This document shows positions 1 to 9,623 of a stretch of DNA of 53,201 nt, piece by piece; the first letter of the stretch is position 1, and every line of letters starts with the position of its first letter. The translations under genes were made by a program, and so were the position numbers. This stretch comes from Flavobacteriales bacterium (GTDB taxonomy: Bacteria; Bacteroidota; Bacteroidia; Flavobacteriales_D; Crocinitomicaceae). The stretch spans positions 1 to 53,201 of the forward strand of contig QOQC01000001.1 in assembly GCA_003331365.1 (NCBI GenBank). Direction: 5' to 3'. The notes under the pieces are model-generated. The model saw only the letters and a list, made by a program, of their open reading frames with translations, did no database searches and was not told the DNA's origin.

Positions 1-234
1 GAGCTTCGATTCAATGTTTACCCAAATCCATCATCAGGAACATTTAAGCTTGAAGTTGAAAATGTTCAATTGGATGTACAAGTTTCATTTAAAGTAGTGA
101 ATGTTCTAGGACAAATGGTTTATTCCGGAACAACTCGAGGGTTTTCTGAAATTACTTTAGGTGATGTGAATCCTGGGAACTATTTGGTTTTTGTTGAAGG
201 TGCTGAAGCTCCAGAAATGATTACAATCAAATAA
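1..234 (+). CDS. C-terminal fragment of a secreted protein ending in a T9SS type-A C-terminal sorting domain (5' end outside window)
   Basis: Frame 1 is open from the window edge to TAA at 232-234. The translation ELRFNVYPNPSSGTFKLEV...VNVLGQMVYSG...PGNYLVFVEG...ITIK matches the YPNP...G.Y tail of Bacteroidota T9SS cargo. A hairpin terminator follows. Confidence 0.7.
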   Translation, partial: ELRFNVYPNPSSGTFKLEVENVQLDVQVSFKVVNVLGQMVYSGTTRGFSEITLGDVNPGNYLVFVEGAEAPEMITIK

Positions 235-257
235 ATTTTAAATTAAACTAAATGAAT

Positions 258-285
258 AAGGAGGGGTTGCCCTCCTTATTTTTTT
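258..285. terminator. Bidirectional intrinsic terminator between convergent genes
   Basis: Stem aaggaggg (258-265), loop gttg, stem ccctcctt (270-277), then a T-run (279-285) with A-rich sequence upstream. It lies between the stop of the partial CDS and the stop of glmS. Confidence 0.75.
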
Positions 286-324
286 ATATAATTCTCAGAA
301 TTACAAAAGAAAAATACTTTGAAA

Positions 325-2169
325 TTATTCTACAGTAACTGATTTGGCCAGGTTTCTTGGTTGATCAACATTACAGTCTCGCATAACTGCTATGTAGTAC
401 GAAAGAATTTGAAATGGCACCGTGGCAATTAATGGGACCAAATACTCATTAGTTTCAGGAATCTCAATGTAATCATCGGCAAATTCTTTGACCTGTTCGT
501 CTCCTTCAGTAACTACCGCAATGATTTTTCCTTTTCTCGCTTTAACTTCTTGAATATTGCTAACTACTTTTTCGTATGAAGGACCTTTTGTTGCTATTAC
601 AAAAACAGGCATTTCTTCATCGATGAGCGCAATAGGCCCATGCTTCATTTCAGCGGCAGGATAGCCTTCCGCATGTATGTATGAAATCTCTTTCAATTTT
701 AATGCGCCCTCTAAAGCAACGGGAAAAGAGCTTCCTCTTCCCAAGTAAAGTGCATTGGAGGCATCTTTATATTTCGCAGCAATCTTTTTGATTTTCTCCG
801 TTTTGTCTAAAACCAATTGAACTTTATTTGGAATGGCTTCCATGGAAGACAGAAGATTTCTATACGTTGATTCGTTCAGCTTTCCTTTTTTTCTTGCTAA
901 AGATGCGGCCATTAATGTCAATACCGTCACTTGTGCAGTGAAAGCTTTTGTTGATGCCACGCCTATTTCAGGTCCAGCATGTGTATATGAACCAGCATCA
1001 GTAATTCTCGAAATAGAAGATCCAACCACATTACAGATACCAAGAATCGTTGCACCCTTGCTTTTTGCCAGCTCCAGTGCTGCCATAGTATCTGCTGTTT
1101 CACCAGATTGAGAAATCGCCAATACAATATCTCCCTCGTTGATTATTGGATTCCGGTATCTAAATTCACTTGCGTATTCCACCTCAACATTAATACGAGC
1201 AAGGTCCTCAAATAAGTACTCCCCAACCAAACAAGCGTGCCAGCTCGTTCCGCAGGCAACCATGACTATTCTGTTTGCCTTTATGATATCATCTTCGTAA
1301 TACTTAATTCCTCCTAAGGATACCCAGCCTTCTGATGCATTTAGTCTTCCCCTAAAACAGTCTTCTATTGAGCGTGGTTGTTCATGAATTTCTTTGAGCA
1401 TAAAATGATCGTATCCTCCCTTCTCTAATGCCTCAAGGTGAAGCTCAAGTTCTTCAATATATGGGTCTTGAAGGTCCTCCTCGTAATCATAAATTTTCAA
1501 ACCTTTTTCTTCATTCAATATCGCAATCTCCCCATCATTAAGGTAAACCACCTGCTTTGTGAATTCGACTATTGGAGTGGCATCAGAAGCAACATAAAAA
1601 TCATTGTCTTTTCCAATCCCCAATACAAGAGGGCTACTTTTTCTCGCGGCTACCAATTTGTTAGGCTCGTCCTTACACATAACAACAATGGCATATGCAC
1701 CAACAACTTGTTGAAGGGCAAGACGCACAGATTTAGCGAGTTTATAGCCGGTTTTTTCTTTGATATCAGAAATTAAATAGCTTAGGACCTCAGTATCCGT
1801 ATCACTTCTGAATGTATACCCTTTGTTTTCCAGCTCCTGCTTAAGTGTATCGTAATTCTCAATGATTCCATTATGAACTACAGCTAGGTCTCCACTTTCA
1901 GAAATGTGAGGATGAGCATTTTTATCGTTTGGAGGTCCGTGGGTTGCCCATCTTGTGTGGCCAATACCTCGGTTTGCAGAAATATCTTTGCCTTCTACAG
2001 CCTCTTGAAGATTTGAGACCTTTCCTTCCTTTTTGTAAATATTAATATTTCCATCTTTCAATAGAGCAACGCCTGCACTATCATAACCTCTGTACTCCAA
2101 TCTTTTTAATCCACTTAAGACAATTGGAAATGCTTCTTTCTGTCCAATATAGGCGACTATTCCACACAT
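325..2169 (-). CDS. glmS: Glutamine--fructose-6-phosphate aminotransferase (isomerizing)
   Basis: 614 aa. N-terminal MCGIVAYIG (Ntn catalytic Cys2), two SIS domains (GTSWHA, SQSGETADT) and the canonical C-terminus AKSVTVE. Confidence 0.97.
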   Translation of the reverse strand: MCGIVAYIGQKEAFPIVLSGLKRLEYRGYDSAGVALLKDGNINIYKKEGKVSNLQEAVEGKDISANRGIGHTRWATHGPPNDKNAHPHISESGDLAVVHNGIIENYDTLKQELENKGYTFRSDTDTEVLSYLISDIKEKTGYKLAKSVRLALQQVVGAYAIVVMCKDEPNKLVAARKSSPLVLGIGKDNDFYVASDATPIVEFTKQVVYLNDGEIAILNEEKGLKIYDYEEDLQDPYIEELELHLEALEKGGYDHFMLKEIHEQPRSIEDCFRGRLNASEGWVSLGGIKYYEDDIIKANRIVMVACGTSWHACLVGEYLFEDLARINVEVEYASEFRYRNPIINEGDIVLAISQSGETADTMAALELAKSKGATILGICNVVGSSISRITDAGSYTHAGPEIGVASTKAFTAQVTVLTLMAASLARKKGKLNESTYRNLLSSMEAIPNKVQLVLDKTEKIKKIAAKYKDASNALYLGRGSSFPVALEGALKLKEISYIHAEGYPAAEMKHGPIALIDEEMPVFVIATKGPSYEKVVSNIQEVKARKGKIIAVVTEGDEQVKEFADDYIEIPETNEYLVPLIATVPFQILSYYIAVMRDCNVDQPRNLAKSVTVE

Positions 2170-2172
2170 AAA

Positions 2173-3456
2173 CTAATAGCTTGTATATGTTAATACTAAG
2201 CGGGGTTTTTCCTTATTGATTGTATTTTTCCCATTAAATACAATCCGCTCTGCCGAATTTATAAAATATAAAGGAGATACGACAAGTTCGGTTAATGGTA
2301 AAGTTTTATTTACAATAGCCTGGGTATATTCACGAATATTGATATTAAACCTTTTATTGAAGTCGTCATATATTCCTATTATGCCGACATTCACTAAGTC
2401 AGTGGATAATGAATCTGCACGAGTGGCAACAGAAATATTTATCCCTGGCTGATATTTGTGACCTGATTGAAATTGGATGGGTAGCTCAAGGTCTGCACGA
2501 TGAACAACAATATTTTGGGGTAAATTTTGAAGCCCAGGAATCGAAAGCGCAGCGCGGTTATGAAAGGCTTGTGCATAATACGTGTTATTTCCTAATGTTG
2601 AATCTTGAATTACCTGATCGGCGGCTGTTCCTGAATTATTGATTTGAACATGTGTAAAGTCAGCACATTCAGAATTAATTAATAAATCATAAGAAGTGGC
2701 TACAGTGTCTTGATGGAAATAAATTGTAGCTTTTGAAGAGGGGTCATTGATGTCAAAATAAAATGCCGCACCCTCTCCGAGAGTTTGAGCTGGGTTGTTT
2801 GTAGTTATATATAAGCCTTTAAAGAATTCTAAAAATGCTTCATTACTTGAAAATGTACTTGAACCACTTGTGGCCTCGACAATTAATGAACGGGCAAGGT
2901 TTGTATCCAAATATAGTCGAAGCTGCGATGCTAGTGAATCCTCGCCAATGACTGTAGGGTCAAGGGGTTTCGGAGTAATTGTAGAGTACTCGGCAGGGAC
3001 TAAGTTAATACCATTATGTGCCACGGTACTAAACGAATAATAAGTTGAGTCAATAGATAGGGATTCGTTAAGCTCATATACTTCAAAAGTTTGTTCGTCT
3101 AACTCTCCGTAATAGCCGAGGTATTCTAACCCTAAAACAAAAGAATCAATTACAATAGACGAAGGGTCGCCAAAGTTGGGGTCAACACCTGCCAATCTAA
3201 GCTGAGTATAGAATGAAGATGAAAACTCTCCAAATAATGGGTCGTTGTATGATCCTAATAAAACATTCGATGCATTATCAGAAATAATAGAGTCTTCCAA
3301 GATGGTGTATGAATTAATATCGAAAGTATCTACTGATGTTCCTGCAAGTAAAGTCTCTTGATCAATGACATCAGAACCCAACTGATATTCCTTTTTCTTG
3401 CATGAAATTAATGTGGCAGTCGCAACGACAAACAAGAAGACAATACGAAGCATCAT
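2173..3456 (-). CDS. DUF4270-family lipoprotein
   Basis: 427 aa. Lipoprotein signal (LISC). LLGSYNDPLFGEFSSSFYTQLRL resembles DUF4270. It sits between a short GlgA-like gene and glmS, the synteny I recall as conserved in Flavobacteriia. The gap to glmS is 3 nt. Confidence 0.65.
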   Translation of the reverse strand: MMLRIVFLFVVATATLISCKKKEYQLGSDVIDQETLLAGTSVDTFDINSYTILEDSIISDNASNVLLGSYNDPLFGEFSSSFYTQLRLAGVDPNFGDPSSIVIDSFVLGLEYLGYYGELDEQTFEVYELNESLSIDSTYYSFSTVAHNGINLVPAEYSTITPKPLDPTVIGEDSLASQLRLYLDTNLARSLIVEATSGSSTFSSNEAFLEFFKGLYITTNNPAQTLGEGAAFYFDINDPSSKATIYFHQDTVATSYDLLINSECADFTHVQINNSGTAADQVIQDSTLGNNTYYAQAFHNRAALSIPGLQNLPQNIVVHRADLELPIQFQSGHKYQPGINISVATRADSLSTDLVNVGIIGIYDDFNKRFNINIREYTQAIVNKTLPLTELVVSPLYFINSAERIVFNGKNTINKEKPRLVLTYTSY

Positions 3457-3462
3457 TTATCT

Positions 3463-4284
3463 TTATGCCAAAGCGGTTTCTTGTATTACTTTATCATAGA
3501 ACTCAGAAAGCTCCTTGGCCATATGTTCTTCTTCTACAAAATCTAATTTATGAGAAGACAACTCATCATAAATACCTTTCAGATCGGCATTTAAATCTTC
3601 GGAAGAGATATTTACACCATCAAAAAACTGCAACATGTTCTTTGAATAATTTAAGAAAGAAGTGTCTTTGAATTTTTCGCAAACTGAATCTTCAAATCCT
3701 TCAAATTTTAATTTATCTGCAAATCGTTTATCCCAGTTTTCTTTATAGCTATCATTATAAAGGCTATAAACAACTTTAGTTTCCTTAAAATGAGGGTCTT
3801 TTCCGTACATCTCTTTTATGTACAGCCCCATGATTCCAGTCATGTAACCATGACAGTGAATGACATCCGGCTGCCAACCTAATTTCTTAACCGTTTCCAG
3901 GACTCCTCGACAGAAAAACATCGACCTTTCATCATTGTCTTTAAATTCTTTATCCTTGTCATCTGTCAAGGTATATTTACGTCTAAAATATTCATCATTG
4001 TCAATAAAGTATACCTGCATCCTTGCCGCAGATACGGAAGCCACCTTGATGATTAGTGGGTGATCATGGTCGTCAATACAAATGTTCAATCCAGACAATC
4101 GAATGACCTCATGTAGTTGATGTCTTCTTTCGTTAATTACTCCAAAACGAGGCATAAATACACGAATCTCTTTGCCCGCCTCTTGGATGACCTGAGGAAG
4201 CTTTCTTGATGTAGCTGCAATTTCTGATTTAGGTAAAAATGGTGATATCTCTTGTGATATGTAAAGGATTTTTTTCTTTTCCAT
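3463..4284 (-). CDS. Short glycogen/starch synthase-like protein (GT5 N-terminal half only)
   Basis: 273 aa. KILYISQEISPF...K resembles the GlgA N-terminal ADP-glucose/acceptor lobe. There is no C-terminal Rossmann half. Confidence 0.7.
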   Translation of the reverse strand: MEKKKILYISQEISPFLPKSEIAATSRKLPQVIQEAGKEIRVFMPRFGVINERRHQLHEVIRLSGLNICIDDHDHPLIIKVASVSAARMQVYFIDNDEYFRRKYTLTDDKDKEFKDNDERSMFFCRGVLETVKKLGWQPDVIHCHGYMTGIMGLYIKEMYGKDPHFKETKVVYSLYNDSYKENWDKRFADKLKFEGFEDSVCEKFKDTSFLNYSKNMLQFFDGVNISSEDLNADLKGIYDELSSHKLDFVEEEHMAKELSEFYDKVIQETALA

Positions 4285-4301
4285 AGGTGTTATTAGGAGT
4301 G

Positions 4302-4309
4302 CAAAAGTA
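4302..4309 (-). promoter_or_regulatory. Candidate Bacteroidota -7 promoter box (TAnnTTTG) for the glgA-like/DUF4270/glmS operon
   Basis: The minus strand reads TACTTTTG, 17 nt upstream of the ATG at 4284. Confidence 0.4.
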
Positions 4310-4340
4310 GGGATTTTTATCTAACTTTCCCAAAAAGAAT

Positions 4341-4348
4341 TAGCTTTG
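4341..4348 (+). promoter_or_regulatory. Candidate Bacteroidota -7 promoter box (TAnnTTTG) for panC
   Basis: TAGCTTTG is an exact consensus match, 21 nt upstream of the ATG at 4370. The TTG at 4346 used as the start in the ORF track lies inside this box. Confidence 0.4.
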
Positions 4349-4369
4349 TCTCCTATTATTCCTAGAAAA

Positions 4370-5212
4370 ATGGACACTTTTAGAACTTTTTATGATTTTA
4401 GTGAGTTAAAAGCGTATCTTAAAAATGAAAGGGCCGGACAGTCTATTGGATTAGTTCCAACAATGGGGGCATTGCATGAAGGACATCTTTCCTTAGTGAA
4501 AAAAGCACATAATGAGAATGACCTGGTGGTTGTTACCATTTTTGTTAATCCTAAACAGTTTAATGATCCAACGGATTTAAAAAAATATCCAAGAACAATT
4601 GAAAAGGACCTAGGGCTTTTGTCAAAATTTAAAAATGTATTGATATGCATCCCCAATGAAGATGCTGTCTATCCCAAAAATGACCCATATCAACCAGTTG
4701 ATTTAGGAAGATTAAATGAGGTGCTTGAGGGAAAATATCGACCAGGGCATTTTGACGGAGTTGCTCATGTTGTGCATAATTTTTTTCGTTTTATCGAACC
4801 AACAAGAGCTTATTTTGGTCTCAAAGATTACCAACAATTTGCTGTAATAAAAAAAATGACAGCACAGTCCGGTTTACAGCTTGAGCTTATTGGCTGCGAA
4901 ACGACCCGAAACAAAAGGGGCTTGGCCTTAAGTAGTAGAAATCAAAACCTGAGCAATAAAGAATTAGAAGATGCTCTGGTCATTATAGATACTTTGACTT
5001 TTATAAAAGAAAATCGCAGAAAATATAATCTTGATGAGTTAAAAGAAAATGCCATTACTCGTTTCAAAAAGAGTTCCCTCCTTCTCGAGTACCTAGAAGT
5101 TGTGGATTCGGAGAGCTTTGAAAAAGTCAATAATATTGGCACACAAACGGTATGTTGCGTGGCCGCATACTGCGGAGAAGTTCGTCTCATAGATAATATT
5201 TTACTTGAGTAG
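4370..5212 (+). CDS. panC: Pantoate--beta-alanine ligase
   Basis: VPTMGALHEGHLSL (HIGH-type motif), GHFDGV, FGLKDYQQ and ALSSRN are classic PanC motifs. I prefer the ATG at 4370 over the TTG at 4346. Confidence 0.95.
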   Translation: MDTFRTFYDFSELKAYLKNERAGQSIGLVPTMGALHEGHLSLVKKAHNENDLVVVTIFVNPKQFNDPTDLKKYPRTIEKDLGLLSKFKNVLICIPNEDAVYPKNDPYQPVDLGRLNEVLEGKYRPGHFDGVAHVVHNFFRFIEPTRAYFGLKDYQQFAVIKKMTAQSGLQLELIGCETTRNKRGLALSSRNQNLSNKELEDALVIIDTLTFIKENRRKYNLDELKENAITRFKKSSLLLEYLEVVDSESFEKVNNIGTQTVCCVAAYCGEVRLIDNILLE

Positions 5213-5227
5213 ATTAATAAAAACTGA

Positions 5228-6232
5228 ATGAAAAAACACGTAAGTACACTGATTAAGATATTCTTATCTCTTGGCTTAGGAATATACCTTACGTGGTATC
5301 TTTTCGATGTGATGTCAACAAATGATATCGAAATATTCAAAAAAGCAATTATTAATTCGAATTATTGGCTGATTGGTCTTTCATTGTTTCTAGCACTTTT
5401 ATCCTATTTCTCAAGGGCATATAGGTGGGGATATACCCTCTGGCCAATGGGTTATAAAAGCTCTTTTAAAAACCAATACCATTCCTTAATGATTGGATAC
5501 CTTGTTAACATGACAATTCCAAGAGCAGGTGAATTTTCCAGAGCAATTATGCTTAAACGATCTGACAATATTCCTGTTGGTCCAAGTTTTGGCACTATTG
5601 TTACCGAGAGAATTATTGATATGCTCATTATGTTGTCTTTGGCATTAGTAGCTATTGGAATGAGCCCAAAGGAAACCTCTTTAATATTCACAAGACTTAA
5701 AGAAAGCTTTGCTGGCCCTACCGATCAAAGCAATAATGGCGATATATGGCTGTATATTTTTATATCCATTGGTGTCGTCTTGCTATTGTTATTATGTGTG
5801 AAAACTATTCGGCAACGAATTATAGTATTTCTGATGTCCTTAAAAGATGGGCTTTCCTCTATTTTTAAGGTAAAGCAATACTGGTGGTACCTGTTACATA
5901 CCTTATTTATTTGGGTCTCCTATTTGGTCATGTTTGCCTTACCTTTTTATGCCGTTGAAGGTGCTTCAAGCGTTCCATTCAACGGGATGCTTTTGGCTTT
6001 TTGTTTTGGAGCGCTTGGCATCTCCTTTACGAATGGAGGGATGGGAGCATATCCTTTGTTAATAGGTGTTACTACAGCTTATTATTTGGAAAACCAAGGT
6101 ATTGAAAATGCGGAAGCCATCGGATATGCCCTTGGAATGATCATATGGGCTACCCAAACCATCTTTTTAATACTTTTAGGATTAATTTCACTTATCTTAA
6201 TGCCAAGAAAATATGATTCCAAAGTAAAATGA
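5228..6232 (+). CDS. Flippase-like / lysylphosphatidylglycerol-synthase transmembrane-domain (UPF0104) membrane protein
   Basis: 334 aa polytopic membrane protein. FSRAYRW...IPRAGEFSRA resembles the UPF0104/LPG_synthase_TM family. Confidence 0.65.
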   Translation: MKKHVSTLIKIFLSLGLGIYLTWYLFDVMSTNDIEIFKKAIINSNYWLIGLSLFLALLSYFSRAYRWGYTLWPMGYKSSFKNQYHSLMIGYLVNMTIPRAGEFSRAIMLKRSDNIPVGPSFGTIVTERIIDMLIMLSLALVAIGMSPKETSLIFTRLKESFAGPTDQSNNGDIWLYIFISIGVVLLLLLCVKTIRQRIIVFLMSLKDGLSSIFKVKQYWWYLLHTLFIWVSYLVMFALPFYAVEGASSVPFNGMLLAFCFGALGISFTNGGMGAYPLLIGVTTAYYLENQGIENAEAIGYALGMIIWATQTIFLILLGLISLILMPRKYDSKVK

Positions 6233-6735
6233 GTAAAGCTCAATTTGAAAATAAAATATCAACAATAAAAAATCTCCATGAACAACGTCACGCATGGCAG
6301 AAGAGCAAAAGTCGTGTTTGTTTTACAAATGGATGCTTTGATATCCTTCATAAAGGGCATGTGAAGTACCTTTCTGAGGCAAAAGCCTTGGGCGACATAT
6401 TGATCGTGGGTGTAAATAGCGACGATTCCGTTAGACGGCTCAACAAGGGCCCCAATCGGCCTGTTAATGACGAAAACTCTAGGGCGTACCTCATTGCCGC
6501 ACTAGAATTTGTAGATGTTGTTTTGATTTTTAATGAGGATACTCCAGAAAACCTCATCAGTGAAATTGTTCCAGATGTGCTTGTGAAAGGGGGGGACTAT
6601 GACCCTACTGTAGAAGACCGCAATCACCCAAAGTATATTGTGGGTAGAGACGTAGTATTAAAAAATAGTGGCTCCGTAAAAACAATTGATTTTGTGGAGG
6701 GATTCTCAACAACTGCAGCACTTAAAAAATTATAA
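6229..6735 (+). CDS. rfaE2: D-glycero-beta-D-manno-heptose 1-phosphate adenylyltransferase-like cytidylyltransferase (RfaE domain II type)
   Basis: 168 aa. FTNGCFDILHKGHVKYL is the HxGH nucleotidyltransferase motif, and VVLIFNEDTPENLI...VLVKGGDY also fits. The start overlaps the upstream gene by 4 nt. Confidence 0.8.
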   Translation: MSKAQFENKISTIKNLHEQRHAWQKSKSRVCFTNGCFDILHKGHVKYLSEAKALGDILIVGVNSDDSVRRLNKGPNRPVNDENSRAYLIAALEFVDVVLIFNEDTPENLISEIVPDVLVKGGDYDPTVEDRNHPKYIVGRDVVLKNSGSVKTIDFVEGFSTTAALKKL

Positions 6736-6773
6736 GACAATTCTAACGGTATAGCTAAAACAGGTAAAAACTT

Positions 6774-9446
6774 TTATCCTCCCCCTTTAATCCCAATAAT
6801 TTCCTCTTCCTCTTCTTGTTCCTTTTTTTGCTCTTCTTTTAATCGCTCTAGGGCTTTTTTGAGTTTAGATTCTTTCTTTTTTTCTGGTTCAACCTTCTCT
6901 TCAATGACCTCATCTTTAGTTTCACCGGTGGTCGGGTTCCAATCTATTTTAATCTCCTCTTTAGGTATTTCTTCTTTTTTATACTCTTTGATCGTTGTAT
7001 CATTTTTAAAAGCACCGAACTCGGATTTCAGCATTTCTTTTATTTGCTTTTTCTCTTCCTTTCGATATTCTTTTGCACTTTGCTTTTGCTGTTCACGGTC
7101 CCATTCTAAATCAGGGTCATATATGTTTCCAGTCATTTTCAAAAACATGCGAAAACCGGTTCCGTCATCAATAATTTCTCCAAACTCACTATCTCTATCA
7201 TTTGTTAAGAGGTCCCTAAATTTAAAATCAAATCTATAATCCACTTCATTGGAAAAATCATGGGTCCCTGAAACATTCATGTTTAAGGCCGAGGATGCAA
7301 TATTCATCCTAGGAACAATTACCTGCTCGTTTTTTATGGTTATTTCATTTTTTAAAGTACTAAATGAAATTTCATTCAGCCTCTTTTCAAGGAGTTGAAG
7401 GTTCTTTTTACCCATGGCTAATTTTGCAGGACTTTCCATTATGCTTTCTGCAATATCCTCCATCAATACTGAATTTTTTAGCACTCCATTATTGATTTCC
7501 AAATTAATTTTACTGTCAATTGATGGATAAATGATTCCGTGTTCTAAATTGAAGTCTGCCGCAAATTTCATATTTAGACTGGCGCGACCTGATATGTTCT
7601 CATGTATAATGACATCTTGATAAAAATTATTCCATTCCTGAAATGCTCTTTTAACATCAATATTATACGATTTTAGCTGTGTGTTTAGCTTAAATTGTTC
7701 GGGTTGAATTTCTTCAATTTTTAAATCTCCTCGTATGTTGGCACCGGCATTACTCAAACTTAAATTCGAGAATCCAATGCTACGATTTTGGATGTTCATT
7801 TGTCCCTTTAATTTTTCATAGCGATGGCCTCCATATTCAATTTTTCCTATATCGATTTGAATATTACCACTCAGATTATCAGGTAGTGCAAAGATTTTTC
7901 CATCTGCAATTTTTTCTTCTTTCGTCGTTGAGCCTAAGTCCTCAAGGGATACATTATCCCCTTTCAATAACAAATTCATAGAGAGTGCTTCATCATTGTA
8001 TAAATAGTTAAAAACATTTGACAATGAACCATTCAATTGAAGGTCTGATTCATCCACTAATAATGAAAATCGATTTACCCTAAGATCTCTCTTGGTAAAT
8101 TTCATTTGTCCATTAACCTCCTTAAACGCCCGTTTGTCATCTTTTAATTTGAAATTGCTATTTAGAATTGTGACATCTCCACTACACTTTCTAAACTTGA
8201 TTTCATTATTCTTTTGCTGATTGGCTTCAAAATCACAATACACGCTAAGCTTTCCATTGATTTCATCGAATTCGGGAAAATGAAACAGTCGGTGTGCAGA
8301 ATTAAGATTAATGGTTCCCTTAGCGAATCCTTTGAGTCTTGGATTTTCAAAATCAATAATGGAAAGGTTCCCTGAAAAAGGGCCTGTTTCGGAATCAAAA
8401 CTTACCTGGGATAACATAAGCTCTTCCAAAGTTGAATCCCTCTTATTGTAATGTCCATTTAATTGAATGTTTCTCAGCTTTATGTTCTCTACAGGCTCTA
8501 TAATTTCACCTTTGTTAACAGCGAAATCGCATGCGACATCTATTGGGTCTGTATTCTTCGTTCCTCCTTCAATGGATAAATTAAAATCAAGCATACCTTT
8601 ACCCGATAAATTTTTAAGATGATTGTCTTGGTCTATGGAGAATTTCTCAACCGCATCAGTCAATTGAATGGCATTCGATGCGATATTAAACTTTAAGCTG
8701 TCTTTATCTAATTTGCCGTTAATCTTAAATGGAAGTCCTCCGATTTGAATTTGAGCCATTGGTAATTTCGTTACTTCGTTTTTTTGATCAACATTTAGTT
8801 TTAGACTGAAGTCTATTTCTTGATTCTTGACCAATGTCACTCCTGAGCTCTTCGCGCTGTGTAAGAGAATTTGACCAGAAGTGAGCATTTCAAATTCATC
8901 GGTAGATAATTCTCCAGTCAATTTAACTTCTTGAAAATTGGATTTATATTCCTGATGGGTAATTTCATTTAAATAACTCACCTGCATAGATTTCAAAGTA
9001 ACGGCTTGCAGCTCAAGCTTAAATTCTGAATCGGGGTTTTCATCGGAGCTCTTTACAATATTGTAATTGTCCCTTCCAAGAGAATCGACATATAAATTCA
9101 ATTCTCCATTAGAAACATTGATTTGTTTTAAGTTGTAATCTCCAAATATTAGATCAAAGGGATTAAATCTCAGGTTGAATTTTTTACTTTTTAAAAGACT
9201 TGTGGATGTATTCCTACTTTTGATTTCTACATCGAGTAGGTCAACCGAAATATTTGGAAAAGTTGACCAAAAAGCAAAGGCCACGTCACCTACCTCCATA
9301 GGAACCTCAAGGTTTTTATTTATTTCCGCAATGGATGTTTCAATGATTTTATCCTTGAAAATAAATACCAAAAGAGAAATAAACAAAAAGCCCCCGACTA
9401 CTATTCCGAGCGTCCATTTCGCAATTTTAATGGCTTTTTGCTTCAT
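6774..9446 (-). CDS. AsmA-family outer-membrane biogenesis protein
   Basis: 890 aa. It has an N-terminal TM anchor, a long beta-rich repetitive body and a K/E-rich C-terminal tail. The size and architecture fit AsmA-like proteins. Confidence 0.6.
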   Translation of the reverse strand: MKQKAIKIAKWTLGIVVGGFLFISLLVFIFKDKIIETSIAEINKNLEVPMEVGDVAFAFWSTFPNISVDLLDVEIKSRNTSTSLLKSKKFNLRFNPFDLIFGDYNLKQINVSNGELNLYVDSLGRDNYNIVKSSDENPDSEFKLELQAVTLKSMQVSYLNEITHQEYKSNFQEVKLTGELSTDEFEMLTSGQILLHSAKSSGVTLVKNQEIDFSLKLNVDQKNEVTKLPMAQIQIGGLPFKINGKLDKDSLKFNIASNAIQLTDAVEKFSIDQDNHLKNLSGKGMLDFNLSIEGGTKNTDPIDVACDFAVNKGEIIEPVENIKLRNIQLNGHYNKRDSTLEELMLSQVSFDSETGPFSGNLSIIDFENPRLKGFAKGTINLNSAHRLFHFPEFDEINGKLSVYCDFEANQQKNNEIKFRKCSGDVTILNSNFKLKDDKRAFKEVNGQMKFTKRDLRVNRFSLLVDESDLQLNGSLSNVFNYLYNDEALSMNLLLKGDNVSLEDLGSTTKEEKIADGKIFALPDNLSGNIQIDIGKIEYGGHRYEKLKGQMNIQNRSIGFSNLSLSNAGANIRGDLKIEEIQPEQFKLNTQLKSYNIDVKRAFQEWNNFYQDVIIHENISGRASLNMKFAADFNLEHGIIYPSIDSKINLEINNGVLKNSVLMEDIAESIMESPAKLAMGKKNLQLLEKRLNEISFSTLKNEITIKNEQVIVPRMNIASSALNMNVSGTHDFSNEVDYRFDFKFRDLLTNDRDSEFGEIIDDGTGFRMFLKMTGNIYDPDLEWDREQQKQSAKEYRKEEKKQIKEMLKSEFGAFKNDTTIKEYKKEEIPKEEIKIDWNPTTGETKDEVIEEKVEPEKKKESKLKKALERLKEEQKKEQEEEEEIIGIKGGG

Positions 9447-9623
9447 TGTTTCTAAATTACATGGTTATCTCTCTGCTAATAATTAAATCCTATCATTTTA
9501 TCAACCGAAATATGTGAGTTGGTAACAAAAAGATTACTTTTTTCAATTTTTTTTTACGCTCTTGTGAACAAAGTGTTTTCTTTTTTGTCTAATGTTTGTA
9601 TTTAAACTTTAAACAAAATAGAA

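Noticed and set aside
833-1776. ORFs 833-1111 (+) and 1438-1776 (+) lying inside glmS on the opposite strand.
   Set aside because: They are entirely antisense to a high-confidence conserved gene. Their composition is low-complexity and Phe/Leu/Ile-rich, which is typical of antisense frames in AT-rich DNA.
2170-4284. Possible glmS ribozyme/riboswitch upstream of glmS.
   Set aside because: glmS starts 3 nt after the DUF4270 stop, inside an operon. No leader is available, and the ribozyme is not expected in this lineage.
4942-5340. 132-aa minus-strand ORF spanning the panC / UPF0104 junction.
   Set aside because: It overlaps two well-supported plus-strand genes. It has Arg/Ser/Phe-rich antisense-type composition and no recognisable motifs.
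6774-6900. K/E-rich low-complexity sequence at the 3' end of the AsmA-like gene (EEKVEPEKKKESKLKK...EEEEE), and a similar tract in the envC-like gene (about 48150-48450), as possible nucleotide repeats.
   Set aside because: These are purine-rich codon runs encoding charged coiled-coil or disordered protein segments. They are not discrete DNA repeat elements.
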